A DNA stretch of 64,000 nucleotides, taken from the NCBI GenBank assembly GCA_951406725.2, contig OX597832.1, positions 124,001 through 188,000 on the forward strand. Reading direction: 5' to 3'. Positions 1 to 14,210 of the stretch are shown one piece after another. The notes beneath the pieces are model-generated. The model was not told where the DNA came from and did no database searches. It worked only from the letters and a program-made list of their open reading frames with translations. The DNA comes from Octopus vulgaris (taxonomy: Eukaryota). Numbering within the stretch: the stretch's first letter is position 1; the number at the start of each line of letters is the position of its first letter. The position numbers were made by a program, and so were the translations under genes.

Positions 1-673
1 TGTTGATCATCTGTTAAGTCCATCTGCATATTGTCACCATCATTCTTTAACTCTTATGTTTCAAACTTTTTGCAACTTCCAGCTAAGTTCTTTAACAGTC
101 TCCTTCAGGTACTTGTTTTTTTGTTTTTTTTTAATGGGACCTGAGCTCAAAATTTTGCTAAACATTCATGCATACATTCATCATATGACATAATTGTGAT
201 TATACTTTTGGTTTCCTTATTCCTATTCTCTTTGCTGGCATAATTATTATTTACTGGGTTTGGAAAAGGAAGTGCTGCTTATGTCCTTTGCTAATTCTCT
301 AAGACTAACGAGATTGATGTTGTTAATATTCTGCTTAAACTTGTAAGTCACCACCTTCATGAAAGACATGAGGAGAGAGGTAGTTCTAAATTCTGGGTAA
401 GAAGCAGTAGGCGTAGTGGCTAGTGGTGGAGTTGGACACAACATAGGTGAAGAGAGGTAAATTTCATTGGTTTTGCCTGAAGTGTGCTGATATGAGGCCA
501 GCCAATTCCAGGAAAGGAAGAGAGAAGCATGCTTGTGAGCCAAAGGCTAAAATGTGTCTGCGAGACTTTATGCCAATGATTTGAGTAGCCTTACTCTGAA
601 TGTGGTCTCATCACTAGTGTTCCTTCGTCATATGATGTAATGACAGTGAAAACCTCTTGTCTTTGTTATGTAT

Positions 674-2400
674 TGGGTCATCCCATAAATAATGCAGTTT
701 TTTTTATACTTTCATTTTTAAAATTAAGATAAAGATTTTTTTTTTCATCTAAAATATATTCTCCTTCATTTTCTACAATACACTTCCATCTATCTGGTAG
801 ATTTGCAAGGCCCCCCTCCCAGAATTCACTTGTCTGTGATGAAAAATACTCCTCCAGTACTGTTCTGACCTTGTCTACAGAGTTCATATTTTTTCCATCC
901 AAATGATTTTGAAGACTGCAGAATAAATGATAATCAGATGGGGCCATGTCCAGCAAATATGGTGGGTGAGGCATCGTTTCCCATTTACACTGCTCCAGCC
1001 TTTGGTACGTCATCCTTACTGTATGTGGCTGAGCATTATCCTGATGGAGGAATACCTTTCATTTTGAAACCAAAGATGGTTGTTTTTCTTCTAGCGCTGA
1101 CTTAAGTCATTTAAGCTACTCGCAGTAGATCTCCTTTGTTATCATTTGGTTTTGGTTTAAAAGTTCAAAGTGGACTAAACTTTTCACATCCCACCAAACA
1201 GATAACAACCCCTTACGTGGGTGAAGACCTTCTGTAGCCTGGGTTGCCGATGTTTCTCCTGTCCCTATTCACTGTCTTTGGCACTTGACATTTTTATAGA
1301 GAACCCATTTCTTGTCACCTGTCACTATTCTGTTCAAAAAAGGTTCATTCATGAGATGTGACAACAAAGAAGAGCACATTCATTCCCTGCATGCGATTAG
1401 ACTCGGAAAGTTTGTGAGGAAGCCACTGACCCAATTTGCTGACTTTTCCGATGGCATGCAAGTGTCGATGAATGGTTGAATGACCAAATCCAAGCTTCTC
1501 TGCTAGTTCCTCGACAGTTACAATAGGATTTTGTTCCACCAGGGTTTGCAGGACATCCTCGACCAGCTCTACGGATCTACCTTGACGTGGCTTTTCTTCT
1601 AGGCTGTAGTTTCTGGCTCGGAATTTCTGGAACCTCTATTGACACTGGCGTATACTTATTGTCCAATCCTCATATACTGCATTAATATTCCTCGCACTTT
1701 CCATTGCATTGTTGCACTTGACATTTTTGGCACTTGACATTTTTATAGAGAACCCATTTCTTGTCACCTGTCACTATTCTGTTCAAAAAAGGTTCATTCA
1801 TGAGATGTGACAACAAAGAAGAGCACATTCATTCCCTGCATGCGATTAGACTCGGAAAGTTTATGAGGAAGCCACTGACCCAATTTGCTGACTTTTCCGA
1901 TGGCATGCAAGTGTCGATGAATGGTTGAATGACCAAATCCAAGCTTCTCTGCTAGTTCCTCGACAGTTACAATAGGATTTTGTTCCACCAGGGTTTGCAG
2001 GACATCCTCGACCAGCTCTACGGATCTACCTTGACGTGGCTTTTCTTCTAGGCTGTAGTTTCTGGCTCGGAATTTCTGGAACCTCTATTGACACTGGCGT
2101 ATACTTATTGTCCAATCCTCATATACTGCATTAATATTCCTCGCACTTTCCATTGCATTGTTGCCTTTATTGAACTCATAAAGCAAAATATGCCGAATAT
2201 GCTCCTTTGTCACTTCCATTATAGCTTTGAAAAAATAACTGTTAAAATCGAACTGCACTCTTCAAAAACTTGCACTAAGAATAAGGACAAGGTAAAATTA
2301 CAGCCTGCTTTTATAGTTGATACAGGTAGTTTGTCCCATCCCCCTCCGACTTTTAGTTCATGCAATTGAAAAATCCGCATTTTTTATGGGATGACATCAT
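674..2400 (-). mobile_element. Mariner DNA transposon with decayed transposase and an internal 449-bp tandem duplication
   Basis: TIRs gtcatcccataaataatgc / gcattttttatgggatgac. Minus-strand MEVTKEHIRHILLYEF start, HPPY..DMAPSDYHLF and VTGDKKW motifs, frameshifts. Confidence 0.92.
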
Positions 2401-4203
2401 GGTTTTATAGTTAAATGCCTTTATTGTCACATACCATTGTATAGACTCAATGCGTTTTGTCATGTCACTGACATTAGGGAGGTTATTTGCAAAGGACTAA
2501 AAAGTCCCTTCTGCTTGTTATTAGATTTTATTCACAGCTTGCAGAGTTCACTGCATCTACCCTGTTGGCTCTTTATAGATTGACCACCATCCTTCATGAC
2601 TTGATAATGTGTACCGTGCTTTCTCTAATTGTTTTAGGTGCCCATTTAATCACAAGGAGACATAGATACCCTTGGCCGCTTCTCCTTTGCTACAGTAGAA
2701 CACCCAGGATGTGACAACTAGAGAAAGAGAGGACTGCATCAACAGCCAGTTGGTAGTCATTACCATTGAGTTGAATGAAGCAATGTGAAATGAAGTCCCT
2801 TGCTGAAGGGCACACCATGCCACCAGTCTAGGAATTGAGCCTGTGATTTTATGAGTTAAACACCCTAATGGTTAGGTTACAGGTGGTCTTCAGCACAGTT
2901 CCCATCTAAATTATGCTAACATTAGTAAATCTGTTGCTGTGATAGAAAACTTCTGACCAAAGCATATGGAAGTAAACCTCAAATCACATAGTTGCAAATT
3001 TAACTTCTTAACCACACAGCATTACCAGTATCGAATTCTGAGAACAACAATATGAATAATAGAGGAGTGCCTGTGCAACTCAGGCAAAATATATAAAACA
3101 GTACTTTAGAGAAAGCCTCCATATTTACTTGCACACCTTATACAGCAAGCAAATCTCCAAAACTGTCTTTTTCTACTCCATCAGGCTCATTACCATTCAC
3201 ATATGTGGCAAGTGTGGAAGTACCTCTGTTTGCTTTAAACCAACAAAGCTATTCAATTCTAAGAATGTTCCCCTCAAGTAACATTCTCTAGAGCTAGCCC
3301 TAATTGTCACCAATCTATATAGTGTATCCCATTGCCTAGGCAGCAACTCCCATGAACCTGCCACTACTGCTCTATTGCCCTATTACCCTCCCTTCCATTA
3401 TACATTAATGTGATTGTGACAACCACAAACAGCAACCTTTTCCAACACTTTGCATCTCTCTCCCTTGATATTTTTCTTAACCATATTCCTACACATTTAC
3501 CTACACATTTACCTTCATTTTCTTTCATTTTAAAAGCAACACAGAATTTAGTAAAATAACTTTGTCATTATTAGGCCGGTGTTTAGAACATAAATGAAAT
3601 TTTGATGAAAGTTTTTAATTTAAACTTTAAAAAAGAAAGTTTGCATCATAAAGCTAGATTGACTGCAGGACCTAGTCTCCTGTCTCAGTTTCTAATGAGT
3701 CCTCACCTTTGGAAAATATGTTGTAAATAATAGTCATGCACATGACATCAGTAAAGTTTTTGTTTGTGTCAAGCATCCAAATATCCTTGTAAAACTGTCT
3801 ACTTTTTGGCTTTATCCATCTTTCATCACTTGTTATTTCCTGTCAAATTGTACTATGAAGGTATGTGCAAATGGAGATCGCTGTGACTCACAGTCTTTTT
3901 CCCTTCTATGCATCAGTGACCTATTGGGTATCACTCAAGCAATGCCAACTCCGATGCAAATGACACTAAGATTACTCCCTAATGTTTCACAGCCAAACAT
4001 CATCCACATTCAAGCTAGGCATCTTATGCCAAATCTGCAAAGGCTTCATGAACAGAAACTTTGAAAACATCTTCCTGTAGAGTCATGCCAACAGTGTCGC
4101 CTTCAAAGACCAGAAAAATACAATTAACACAGAAACTATACATATCAGAAAAACATCAATGCATCTCACCTCTACCCTAATGCAAATAACATCTATTTAG
4201 GTT

Positions 4204-4454
4204 GGTGTTTCTCAACCATTTTTTACCTATGGATCCCTTTGATTCCTATTTTACTTTGATGTACTCTTCTAGTTATTTGATGTTTAGAAAATCATTATAT
4301 TTTTATAACTAAATATTATTAGGAATTATATAATTGTAGTTGTTAAAATACTTTGTGTATTGTAGAAGTATAACCAATTTATTGTACTAAACTTTAGTAA
4401 CAAAATCTTATGTCACTCCCAAAGGGCCATATGGACCTCAGTTGATAACCACTG
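4204..4454. mobile_element. Small non-autonomous DNA transposon (hAT-like MITE)
   Basis: Degenerate TIRs gtgtttctcaac / gttgataaccactg. No ORF. Confidence 0.5.
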
Positions 4455-5528
4455 ATCTAGATCCTTACAATAATTTCGAATATAGGCCTCATCACCACTG
4501 AGCATATCTCCTTGTATATGCACAACTTTAATATAACAAAAACTGCATTTCAGAGAGACTAGCTTTTCTCTCAAAGCTGTATAAATACTTCAGCCCAAAT
4601 AATTACCAACCCAGTACAAAGCTCAAGTGAAACTCAAAATAGTTTATTGTTCTCATATCTGGAATTGTGATAATGGTATATACATCATTGCATCCAAAGA
4701 AAACCATCTGATCCATAGGCATGAAGTCACCATCATCCTCTAGACCACAGGCATACTGTTAACTCTCTCTGCTTTTTTTATTGCTATTACAGCTGCCTCT
4801 ATTCATCAGTGCTGACTCATTTCATATTATCTCCACTTATCTCTCTTTTTAACAACCATATTGCTCCCAATTTCACAATTCTACTCTAACCAATACACCC
4901 CAGTTCTTCCTCCCCAGAACACCATTCCCCTGGTATTCTCCCCATGCACATCTTTCCTGTAGGCATCATATAGCAATAGTTCAGGTTGATTGTATCAATA
5001 TACCTAGTCTTGGAAAACCTGTGATGGCCATGAGCACAGCTCCCTCCTTCAGACTAAATTAAGATTGGGTATTTTAGTTTATAAGTTTTCTTTTTTTACA
5101 AAGACCATTTTTTCAACTATATTTGAACTATTTCCACTTTAAATCTTATTTGTCATTTATTGGTGACTGGTAAGGTCTATCCAGGGTAGAGGAATGGGTT
5201 GCTGGTATTTTTAGCTATTTGTACTTCTATTATTCAGTTCTTATAAATTGTGATACTAATATATACCATATTGTTATGATGTTGTCTGTGTTGTTGTGGT
5301 ATTCCATAAGATATAACTATTGACATTTAAACGACATAATGCTTATTTTACTCACAAATGACCAAAAATTCAGAATGTTTCACACTTGCCTATGGTCATT
5401 TCAGACAGCTGATACTTCTCACTTGTAGTGTCTTCATATTCTAATACACAATCTTCTGAGGCCTAATCAGTGTTAAATGAAGGTCTGGAATAGAAACTTT
5501 GTTTACCATTCAGTATATTGGCTCCCCA

Positions 5529-5739
5529 CCCTTTAGCATTCAAACCAACAATATCCAACCCAAATATTTTATCTATTTTCTTTTGTTCAAATTGGTCAGG
5601 TCCAGCCTCTTACATCTACCCTACTTCGTCATTCTAAAAATTAACAATCATATCATTGAAATCCCCAAACTGATAATTCACAATTAATTCAAAGCAATGT
5701 GGATAATACATTTGACTGAATAATCTGAACGCTAAAGGA
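5529..5739. mobile_element. piggyBac-like MITE
   Basis: ccctttagcattc ... gaacgctaaagga followed by TTAA. Confidence 0.55.
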
Positions 5740-6227
5740 TTAACCCTTAATACTTTTCACTTGTGGTAAGTGTTGTAGAACAATGTTTTCATTCAAGAAT
5801 AAAGTTATTTTCCAAACTCAGTAGTAAAATAATCAGATTATACATTAAATGTATTTTATTAACATGTCTCAATATATAATATACTATCAGGTAAAATATT
5901 TGGTTAAATATTTTTGCACTGACTTTATAGAGCAACAGTCTCCTATCTTACATCCTTCAACCAGATACCATATTGAACACTGTCCTGTACTTCTTTCTTG
6001 AATGCCTGTCATACGTTTTGTGTTCCTTCCAACTTTTTTCAATTTGCATAACTCATATTCACCATTAACTCTAGTAATGCCATTGCTGCAGTTAGCAAAC
6101 TAAATAATTACAACATCGTAGAACTGTTCATTTGCAATGTTATCTTTTCATTGGTCCATTAGTTGGTTTCATAACTGTCAGTCTAACTATATTTTGTTTC
6201 ATCCATAGGTTATATAGGTGCATAGGC

Positions 6228-6560
6228 ACAGGCATGATTGTGTGGTTAAAAGTTCACCTCCTAAACACTTGGTTTCAGGTTCACTCTCACTGCATGGTAC
6301 CTTGGGCAAATATCTTCCACTTAGCTAGGAATTAAAAGAAGCCTGCTGGGTGTGTGCATTTGCATCTGCATATGTGTCCTTGTCTTGACATCAACTGATA
6401 GTTGCAAGCAAGTTCCAACGTCATACAGAAAGAATCATTGTTTCTAGTTTTCCATGAAAACATGTCCAGATAAGGGGAAATATTACCTTACTTGGATAAG
6501 AATAGCATCCAGCTACAGAAAATTTACCTTAACAAATTCCTTCTGACCACAAGACTGTAA
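6228..6560 (+). mobile_element. tRNA-derived SINE, decayed
   Basis: Head tgtggttaa...ggttc, then gtaccttgggcaa, shared with the copy at 41456. Confidence 0.65.
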
Positions 6561-7400
6561 CCATAGCATCTCAGATTCTCCAGTGCAGATGAGATCAACA
6601 TCATTATCAGAATTTTAATGTCTACTTTTCTGTGTTTGCATGGGTCAGATGGAGTTTATTAAAGTAGATTTTCTATAGCTAAATGCCCCTCCTGTCATCA
6701 ACCTTTACCTCTTTCCAAACAGACTAATATTTCCTCATGCCCAGAGATGTTTTCACAGAAAATTGGAAACAAAGGACACCACTGTATGATGGTGACACTT
6801 GTTTATAACTATCATATAACTCACATATACTGACGTATGAGGGCTTCTTTCAGTTTCTATCTACCAAATCCACTCACAAGATTTTTACTAACCTGGAACC
6901 ACAATAGAAAACACTAGCCTTAGGTATCACTCAGTGGTGCTGGACCAGGAACCATATGGTTGGGAAGCTAGCTTTTTAACCACACAGCTATGTATGGTAT
7001 TGTTCTTGCACACCAGCTAGTTGAAGGTAAGGAAAACATGAGTAGAGAAGGAATAACAAAACTGTGATGTTTTGGTAGGTAGAGGAGAGAAGATTGAATG
7101 TAGTGGTTAGTGTGAGGCCTGGGGTTAAAGTGGGCATAATATGGGTGACTAGAGGAGGAGAGATGATTGAAGGTGGCACAAGACCAGCTAACGTCATGGA
7201 GCAGAAGCTGCAGTAGTAACAGTAGATGAGGCGAAGTGAGGAGGTGGTGTATGTCTGTTGGACTGAAATTGAAGAATCTGTAATATAGGGAAAGAGTGGC
7301 AGGGGGAATACTCTGACATATCGTTTAGATATGGAGATTGAAGTTATAAGAATGCAAAGTTCTCTCAGAATTTTCATCATATTTCTTTCTTGTGTTACAG

Positions 7401-7456
7401 TTCAAGATTGATACAGAAGACTTGGAAAACTTAACAAAGGAAGATTTACTTCTAAA
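7401..7456 (+). CDS. WTAP: WTAP / fl(2)d internal coding exon (56 nt), FKIDTEDLENLTKEDLLL(K)
   Basis: Acceptor ttcttgtgttacag and donor gtaagt. Resembles WTAP VRLSETDFKVMARDELILR. The phase-2 end joins the next exon in frame. Confidence 0.85.
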
Positions 7457-7769
7457 GTAAGTACTTGTTCATTTTATGCTTTTCTATGTTGGCCCATACT
7501 TTGATTGCAAAATTAGGTGTGTAGAAACTGCATAGAAGCCTTTCAGATGAAATGTACCTCTAATTCAAAGGTACAGCATTGTTACGCACTGTGACATGCT
7601 GATTATACTTGAGAATTTTAAGGATGGAGTGTTCTGTCACAAGATAGACAAATATCCATTCAGACACATACATACATATACAGTGGGGTATCTATATATG
7701 AATGGTTCTCTAAATGAACAAATTGAATAATGAATGGTTTTTCTGAAGAAAATTAAATTTGCATTCATC

Positions 7770-9000
7770 CATCTTTTCTGCTTACTATTCCTATGAAGGT
7801 AGAGTCTTCAGGTACTTCTCCCAGAGGGTTCTATCAGAAGCAACCATCATTAGATTTTCTGGCTGGATTCCCAAGTGTGATTATCTGAGACTGTAGATAT
7901 TATCCAACCTTCTCATTCTTGATCTAATTTTAGGTTCCCTGCCATTTGACTTAGCTTGAAGAATCCAGATTGAGATTCTTTCCTGCAACATTCTAATCAC
8001 ATATCCATACTACTGGAGCTGTGATCTCATTGTGGAGAGGTAGCAGCTCAACCTGGAGAGACTATGCACTCTATCAAGTATCATTACTCCAGAGATGCTT
8101 CAGAGGAACCTCATTTCAGTCATTACCCAATATTCATGACCATTTTGGCTTTTTTTCACCAACCTTTCCTCTTCTTAGGATTGAATGCTGGAGCTGATGC
8201 ATTACTATGCTAATTATATCCAATTCAGCCTCTTGCCTTCTATCACTCAAGAATATGGCCTTGAGATATTTAAACTTCTCACTTGTCTCAGTAATGTTTC
8301 ACTAACCTGCAGAATGCACTGGGACAAGTTTCCTCAGAGGACCAATGTCTCAGTCTTGGCAACACCAATTTGCATCCCTATCTTGCAGTACATGACAACC
8401 AATTCATTCAGTACATGTTAGAGATGACTTTTTGATGAGCCATGCAGCGCCATGTCATCTGCAAGTAAGAGCTGATTAATCCTATTGTGATACCACTTCC
8501 ACAGCAGCTGCACATTTCAATCCAGTTCATAAAAATTATGACAACGAGAGGTGATAATACACACCTGCTGAAGTCCAATACCCACATTGAAAGGTTTCAA
8601 CATAACACTAATTACCCAAACACAGATACCTGAGCATTTGTAAAAGGACCCTATGAAACCAGAAGTTGCCCATTAATCCCCAAATCCTGCAAAACACTCC
8701 ACATTTTGTCTCACGACATGCAGTTATATGCCTTTCTAAGGTCTACAAGGCAAATGTACACCTATTGGTAATAGTCCCATGATTTCTTGAAGATCTGTTG
8801 TAGAGTGAATATTTGGTTGGTTGTGCTGCATCCAGAACAGAAACCACACTGTTCTTCGGTAAGCTTGGGCTTGACAATTTTCCTACATCTCTTTTCCAGA
8901 CATCTAGTGTTGACTTCACTGGAGAGGTTCAGCAAGGAAGTTCCTCTATAATTTAAGCACTTTCTCTTGTCACCCTTTCTAAAAATTGAGATTATCACTG
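7770..9000 (-). mobile_element. Decayed RTE-type LINE reverse transcriptase fragment
   Basis: Minus-strand NYRGTSLL...EEQCGF..G.STTNQIFTLQQIF; further RT remnants with many stops. Confidence 0.8.
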
Positions 9001-9562
9001 GATTGTTATTGCTTTGATGTTTTTTCAGCTGAAATTTGATCAATAAACCATAAACAGACTATGCATGTGCTGAGAATATGTACAAACAGCATGCTAAATG
9101 GACAAGTTGTATAGTGAACAGTTACTTTGAAGAAAATTATATTCAGTGAATAAGCTGAAATTTGAACCATGAGTAGGCTACACACACATTAGCGGCTAGG
9201 TGTGGGTGAACAAATGGTTTGTTAACATCCGTGTATGGATTTCATGTAGCTTGCAGATTTTCATATTTTATATAGAAAAATAATGTTACACATTTTTTTA
9301 CTAAAAACATCAAGGATCGACAAGCGAAATAAATGCACATGCACACCGAGATACACATGTATACTTAGACATATATATTTATGTATCTACTATTGATGGA
9401 TAAACAAACAACACATTGTTCCATGTCTTTATGTAGAGTTTAGGTGTGGCTTGAAAGAAATTGCTCCTATTTATGTTTCAATTACTCATGAGACAAAATT
9501 TGGTTAACAAACAAGGCTCTGAATTGTGAATTAGAGACTTCTACTGCATATATATAGCTTAC

Positions 9563-9566
<4 letters not shown>

Positions 9567-9593
<27 letters not shown>

Positions 9594-9622
9594 TGTATGT
9601 ATGTATGTATGTATGTATGTAT
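9567..9622. repeat. (GTAT)n microsatellite
   Basis: Direct reading. Confidence 0.95.
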
Positions 9623-9654
9623 ATACACATGCATGCTTGTTTGTTTCTTTGGCA

Positions 9655-9905
9655 CAGGCATGGTAATGTGGTAAGAAGTTTGCTTCCCAGTCACATGGTA
9701 TTGGGTTCAGTCTCACTGTGGTATCTTGGGCACATCTACTATAGCCCCAGGCTGACCAAAGCCTTGTGTGTGGATTTGGTTGACAGAAACTGTAAGAAGC
9801 TCATTATGTGTGTGTGTGCATGCATTTTCTTATCTTGACATTGTGCAGTAGTATCACTCATACAAGCGGTATCATTCATTTTCAGTGAGAGCATGTCTGG
9901 CCATG
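9655..9905 (+). mobile_element. tRNA-derived SINE
   Basis: gtggtaagaagtttgcttccc...gggttcagtctcactgtgg...gaccaaagccttgtg, same family as 41456. Confidence 0.8.
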
Positions 9906-9943
9906 GGCAAATAACATTTCTGTTTTTTTTATTTTCTCTCCAG

Positions 9944-10008
9944 ATTTAAAGAACAAGACAAATATGTTAAACTCCTGGAAGAAAAACTAAAATCTCGAAA
10001 TGTTGAAG
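9944..10008 (+). CDS. WTAP: WTAP internal coding exon (65 nt), (K)FKEQDKYVKLLEEKLKSRNVE(G)
   Basis: Polypyrimidine tract plus cag acceptor, gtaaat donor. Resembles WTAP WKQYEAYVQALEGK. Phases fit both neighbouring exons. Confidence 0.85.
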
Positions 10009-10659
10009 GTAAATTCTTTAGCTTATGACTATTTCAGAAATGACAGTTGAACCATATTCCTGTAATTCTCAATAATCAGCATTAACTATTGCTTGTTATA
10101 ACAACTCCTCAGTATAAAGTATTAATCAAAGACACTGTCTACATGATAAATAAGTATGAAAATATTTACTGCTGTGAGCATTAAAGTTTGATGAAAAACA
10201 AGGAAAGTACAGAATTTTTTTTTTTAAGTATAGGAATTATTTGTAGAAGATATTAGTGAAGTAGTGTCATGTAATTTTATGTAGTAACTCTTAGGTTAGT
10301 AGATTAAACTAAATCATATCACAAGTGGATGTCAGCAGATGTAATGACTTAAGCAATTAAACAATTTATATAAAATATGGGATGACTGGAAAATGTTAGT
10401 CAATGACAAATATTGTTTCATTATCAGTTAGTATGGGAGACCACTCCTGATATGTTTCCATTTCATTGCAAAATCGTCAGAGAACTATATCCTCACTTTA
10501 ACATCCTGATGTGGTAGTATAGAAATTATTAAGTAACTATACAGAAATGTATAACTGTTTAAGGGCCTTAAAAGCTAAATTAGAATATGATGTTCATTTA
10601 GTGGATTGTTTGCCACCACTTTAATGAGTTGAGAATAATTTGGGAAGTAGAAACATGTC

Positions 10660-12105
10660 TACAATTGATTTTTTGCCTGCTGAAAAATTTCCCAACAATT
10701 GTTTCTGTATATTCACCCAAACTTCATCTGACCTGAATTTCTACTAAGCTGACTGGAAGTCACTTCAAAAAGTGATCCTCAAACAATATTGGCCCAAAAG
10801 TTTCTCTGTGCAAACTCAAAAGAATTTATGTCAATAATGCAAGCCATGAGCATTAAATTTCTCCCTGAGAGAAAAGCTAAAACATACAAAAGCATTATTT
10901 CTCATGAAATGAATAAAAGTCTTAAAATCATTTAAGTAAACAACCTAATGACAGCAAAAAGTTCATCTTCAAAAAGACAATTTTAGAGATCAAAATTAAA
11001 CTCAAACTCTCCCATGAGAAAGAAAAGCAAGAAAGAGAAACCAGGGTAGTTGAAAACAAAAATGAATCCTAAGGCCTTTAAAAAAACTTTCAAAATTTGT
11101 CTTTGTGCACTACAAGATTAAGGCCATTGTTTGAAGAAAATGTTCCCTAAATTCAGACTCCATGAGGATAAGTGAAATACTTAATAAACAACTTGAAAGT
11201 GTTGTTACCACTCCACTGGGAAATATGCAAATAAGCAAGCTTGATAAGTTCTTCAACACTGCAACACATCACAGAAAAGTGACAATAATCGATTTATGTC
11301 AATTATATCGCCTATCCACAAAGAAGGGAACAGAGCAGATGCTAAAGATTTCAGGCCTATCTCTCTGACCTCACTTGCCAGTAAGCCATAAAACACATTG
11401 CTAGAAGGAAGCTGATTACACTACTAAGAGAAAATGGCTTGCTCACTAATATGCAGCATGGCTTCTGCCCAGAAAGTAGTTGCCTTAGCTACTACAATAT
11501 TATGACTAGGTAGTGAAACAACTGTTCAACCATTCAAATTAGATGTGATATATATTTTGACTTTGTCAAGGCCTTCAACATGGAATATGTCACAAACTAT
11601 GTGACCTTGATATCATTGGAAAACTAGAGGAGAGACTGCATAACTTTTTAAAAGATGGGAGTCAGTCGTAGCTAATGGTGCTTGCTCTCTCTCTCTCTCT
11701 CTCTCAGCAGACATCAATACTAAGTGGAGTCCCTCAAGGAACTTACAAGGACCACTATTGTTTATGGTGGCTCTCACATGCCCTCAGTCATAGTTAGTCA
11801 ATCTCACCAGCTATGCTGATGATGCAAAAGTATCATCACAAGCAGTCAAAGACCATGGAGATACTGCAGAACTACAGAAAGATTTGAACACACTATACAA
11901 GTAAGCTGAAGAACACCATATGCAGCTTAATGCTTACAAGTTTCAAGCACTCTGCCACTAATCCATAAACAAATTGCAATCAGAATACACAGAACCAAGA
12001 GATATTGCAATCCCAGAGTCAGGGTAGGTGCATGACCTGGGAATCCACATTAGTAGTGATGCATAGTTTCACATACATATTACTAAGATGGCAACAATAT
12101 GCAAG
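10660..12105 (+). mobile_element. Decayed CR1/L2-like LINE (RT region)
   Basis: Remnants RPISLTS, QHGF, YFDF.KAF, SGVPQG, YADD. Confidence 0.8.
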
Positions 12106-12109
12106 CTAC

Positions 12110-13950
12110 TGATGGGTTGGAAGTGAATGAACAAATAGGATGCTTCTCTTACCGGGAAAATGGCCTCGTTCAATATATAGTGTACTGAATGCAAACTATG
12201 GACACAAATGAGGTGCTGCTGAATCACAGGAAGATTAACAGAAAATGTAGACTTGGTTTGTGGCAGATATGGAGGCACAATAAAATTAAGAAGACACTGG
12301 AAATAGATTTTCCCAAATGCCCAGGAGGATCCCTAAAGGTCATGCATAGCTTTTGTTACTTAGGTGACCTCGTGTTGTGAAAGTATAGCTGCTTGAACAC
12401 AGGCTTGTTGAAGAAAGTTCAGAGCTATCACCTCTGTTAGTACCGAAAGGCCTCCCTCTCACAGTGAAAGGCAAATTGTTTAATGCTTGCATACGAGTAG
12501 CAATGTTATATGGTAGTGAATGTAGAGGGCATGTGAAAGAAATGAAGCTAGCATATTCTGTTGGATGTGCATCAGTAGTGTGCATTAATGACAAAGCTTA
12601 GCTCAAATTGGATTTAGGAGGCATGAGATGTAATGTACAAGAGAGAGGACTGCATTGGTATGGTCATGTGATGCATATGGATGAGAATCGCTGCATAAAG
12701 TGCTGCATGCTAAATGTGGATGGAACCTGTGGAAGAGGGAAACCCAGTTGTGAAGACCAACCTCGGGTTGTTGAGTCTCTCAGAGGAGATAAAGGCCTGA
12801 GATGATTGGTGATTCACTGTGTTTGAGAAGACTTACCTATCAAGAAAAAAATGCAATCCCGAAAGCACATCTGTTATATTTATACTCCTGCATCCAATCT
12901 GTGCCTGTCAAATCTTATCCACAACTCATCTTTGTAACACCCTTCCCTCCTTCACCATTCTAACTACTAGCTATTTTCTTAGCTACTGTATTTATGAGAG
13001 CAGAACTGCATATATTTCATCCCACACTTTCGTGCTACAAGTTATCTTTCTCTTTGGAACCACTTCCCTTCTCACACATCCCACAACATCCGTTACCATT
13101 TTCTATTCCAGTAGACTCTCTCTCATATCTGCCAATCTGCAGCCTCTCCATTTTTGTCACTCACTATATCCACCCCTACATGACCTCCATCTCTGTCAGT
13201 GTACATTCCTTTCTCTCCCCACCACACTTGAACATCATCTCCCCACCGTTACATTATACTTTTCTCCTCCACTTCCCTCCTTTTATATATTACTACCTAT
13301 CATCTCCTCTCTGACCTACTCCTATTTGCCTTTGCATCTAAATAGTTTCACTTTTGATCATGCCTCTACATGTTCACTATTCGGTGCACTAACCTCATCC
13401 TCTATCTTTAACCATCTGTACTCTCATTTCACACTCTTGCAAACCTACTCATCTAGCCATTCTCAATTCTTTGTCCTTTTTTTCTCTTTATCCCATCTTA
13501 TACTCTGTGGGTACATCTTGGTACCTCATCACTAGCATTCACTTTCTAATGTTGGTGTTCATGTATCTCCTCTACAACAAGACACCTATTCATGTCCTTT
13601 TATCATACTTTAGCCTCTGAACACCTGGCATGAGGCCACCCCAACACAATCGAGGGATCTTGTCTTGTGGAATACTTGATGATGTTACTAGTTGATTTGG
13701 GAACCAAACTTCACTCACACACTCTATTTTTGGTATGATGTCTCTGGCCAGATGCCCTTTCCTATCACCATCTAAGTAGTTGGTGGTAAGAGTGCAGAAT
13801 AGCGATAGAAAAAAGTGGTGAGAGTAGTAGTTTTTAATGAAAAGTGACATGGAGTGATGACCAATAGTAAAGATGGGTGATGATAGGGGGTATTAAATAT
13901 GGACAGATTCAAGGCAATTTCTCATTACACAGGTGTTGCGATGGAATATA
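12110..13950 (+). mobile_element. Decayed RTE LINE 3' fragment followed by a pyrimidine-rich repeat also present inverted at 31770-32345
   Basis: VQERGLHWYGHV..M..GTCGRGKP is homologous to 20784-21194. The tail matches 31.8-32.3 kb in reverse complement. Confidence 0.7.
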
Positions 13951-13996
13951 TGATTGCTTATATGTATGTATATATTTTTTTTTTTTTTTTTTTTTG

Positions 13997-14210
13997 TACT
14001 TGTTTCAGTCATTTGACTGCGGCCATGCTGGAGCACCGCCTTTAGAGTGGTGAAAGAGTACAGCAGGGATCACCACCATCCCCTGCCGGAGCCTCGTGGA
14101 GCTTTTAGGTGTTTTCGCTCAATAAACACACACAACGCCCGGTCTGGGAATCGAAACCGCGATCCTCCGACCGCAAGTCCGCTGCCCTAACCACTTGGCC
14201 ATTGCGCCTC
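13997..14210 (-). mobile_element. tRNA-derived SINE
   Basis: The reverse complement begins ggaggcgcaatggccaagtggttagggcagcggac...cggtttcgattccc (A and B boxes) and ends gcagtcaaatgactgaaacaagt + polyA. Confidence 0.8.

Noticed and set aside
678-1013. SETMAR-like host gene
   Set aside because: A frameshifted transposase between TIRs, with no SET domain or exon structure.
12819-13535. 238-aa ORF
   Set aside because: Low-complexity S/L/H/T translation of a pyrimidine-rich repeat UTR; no recognisable domain.
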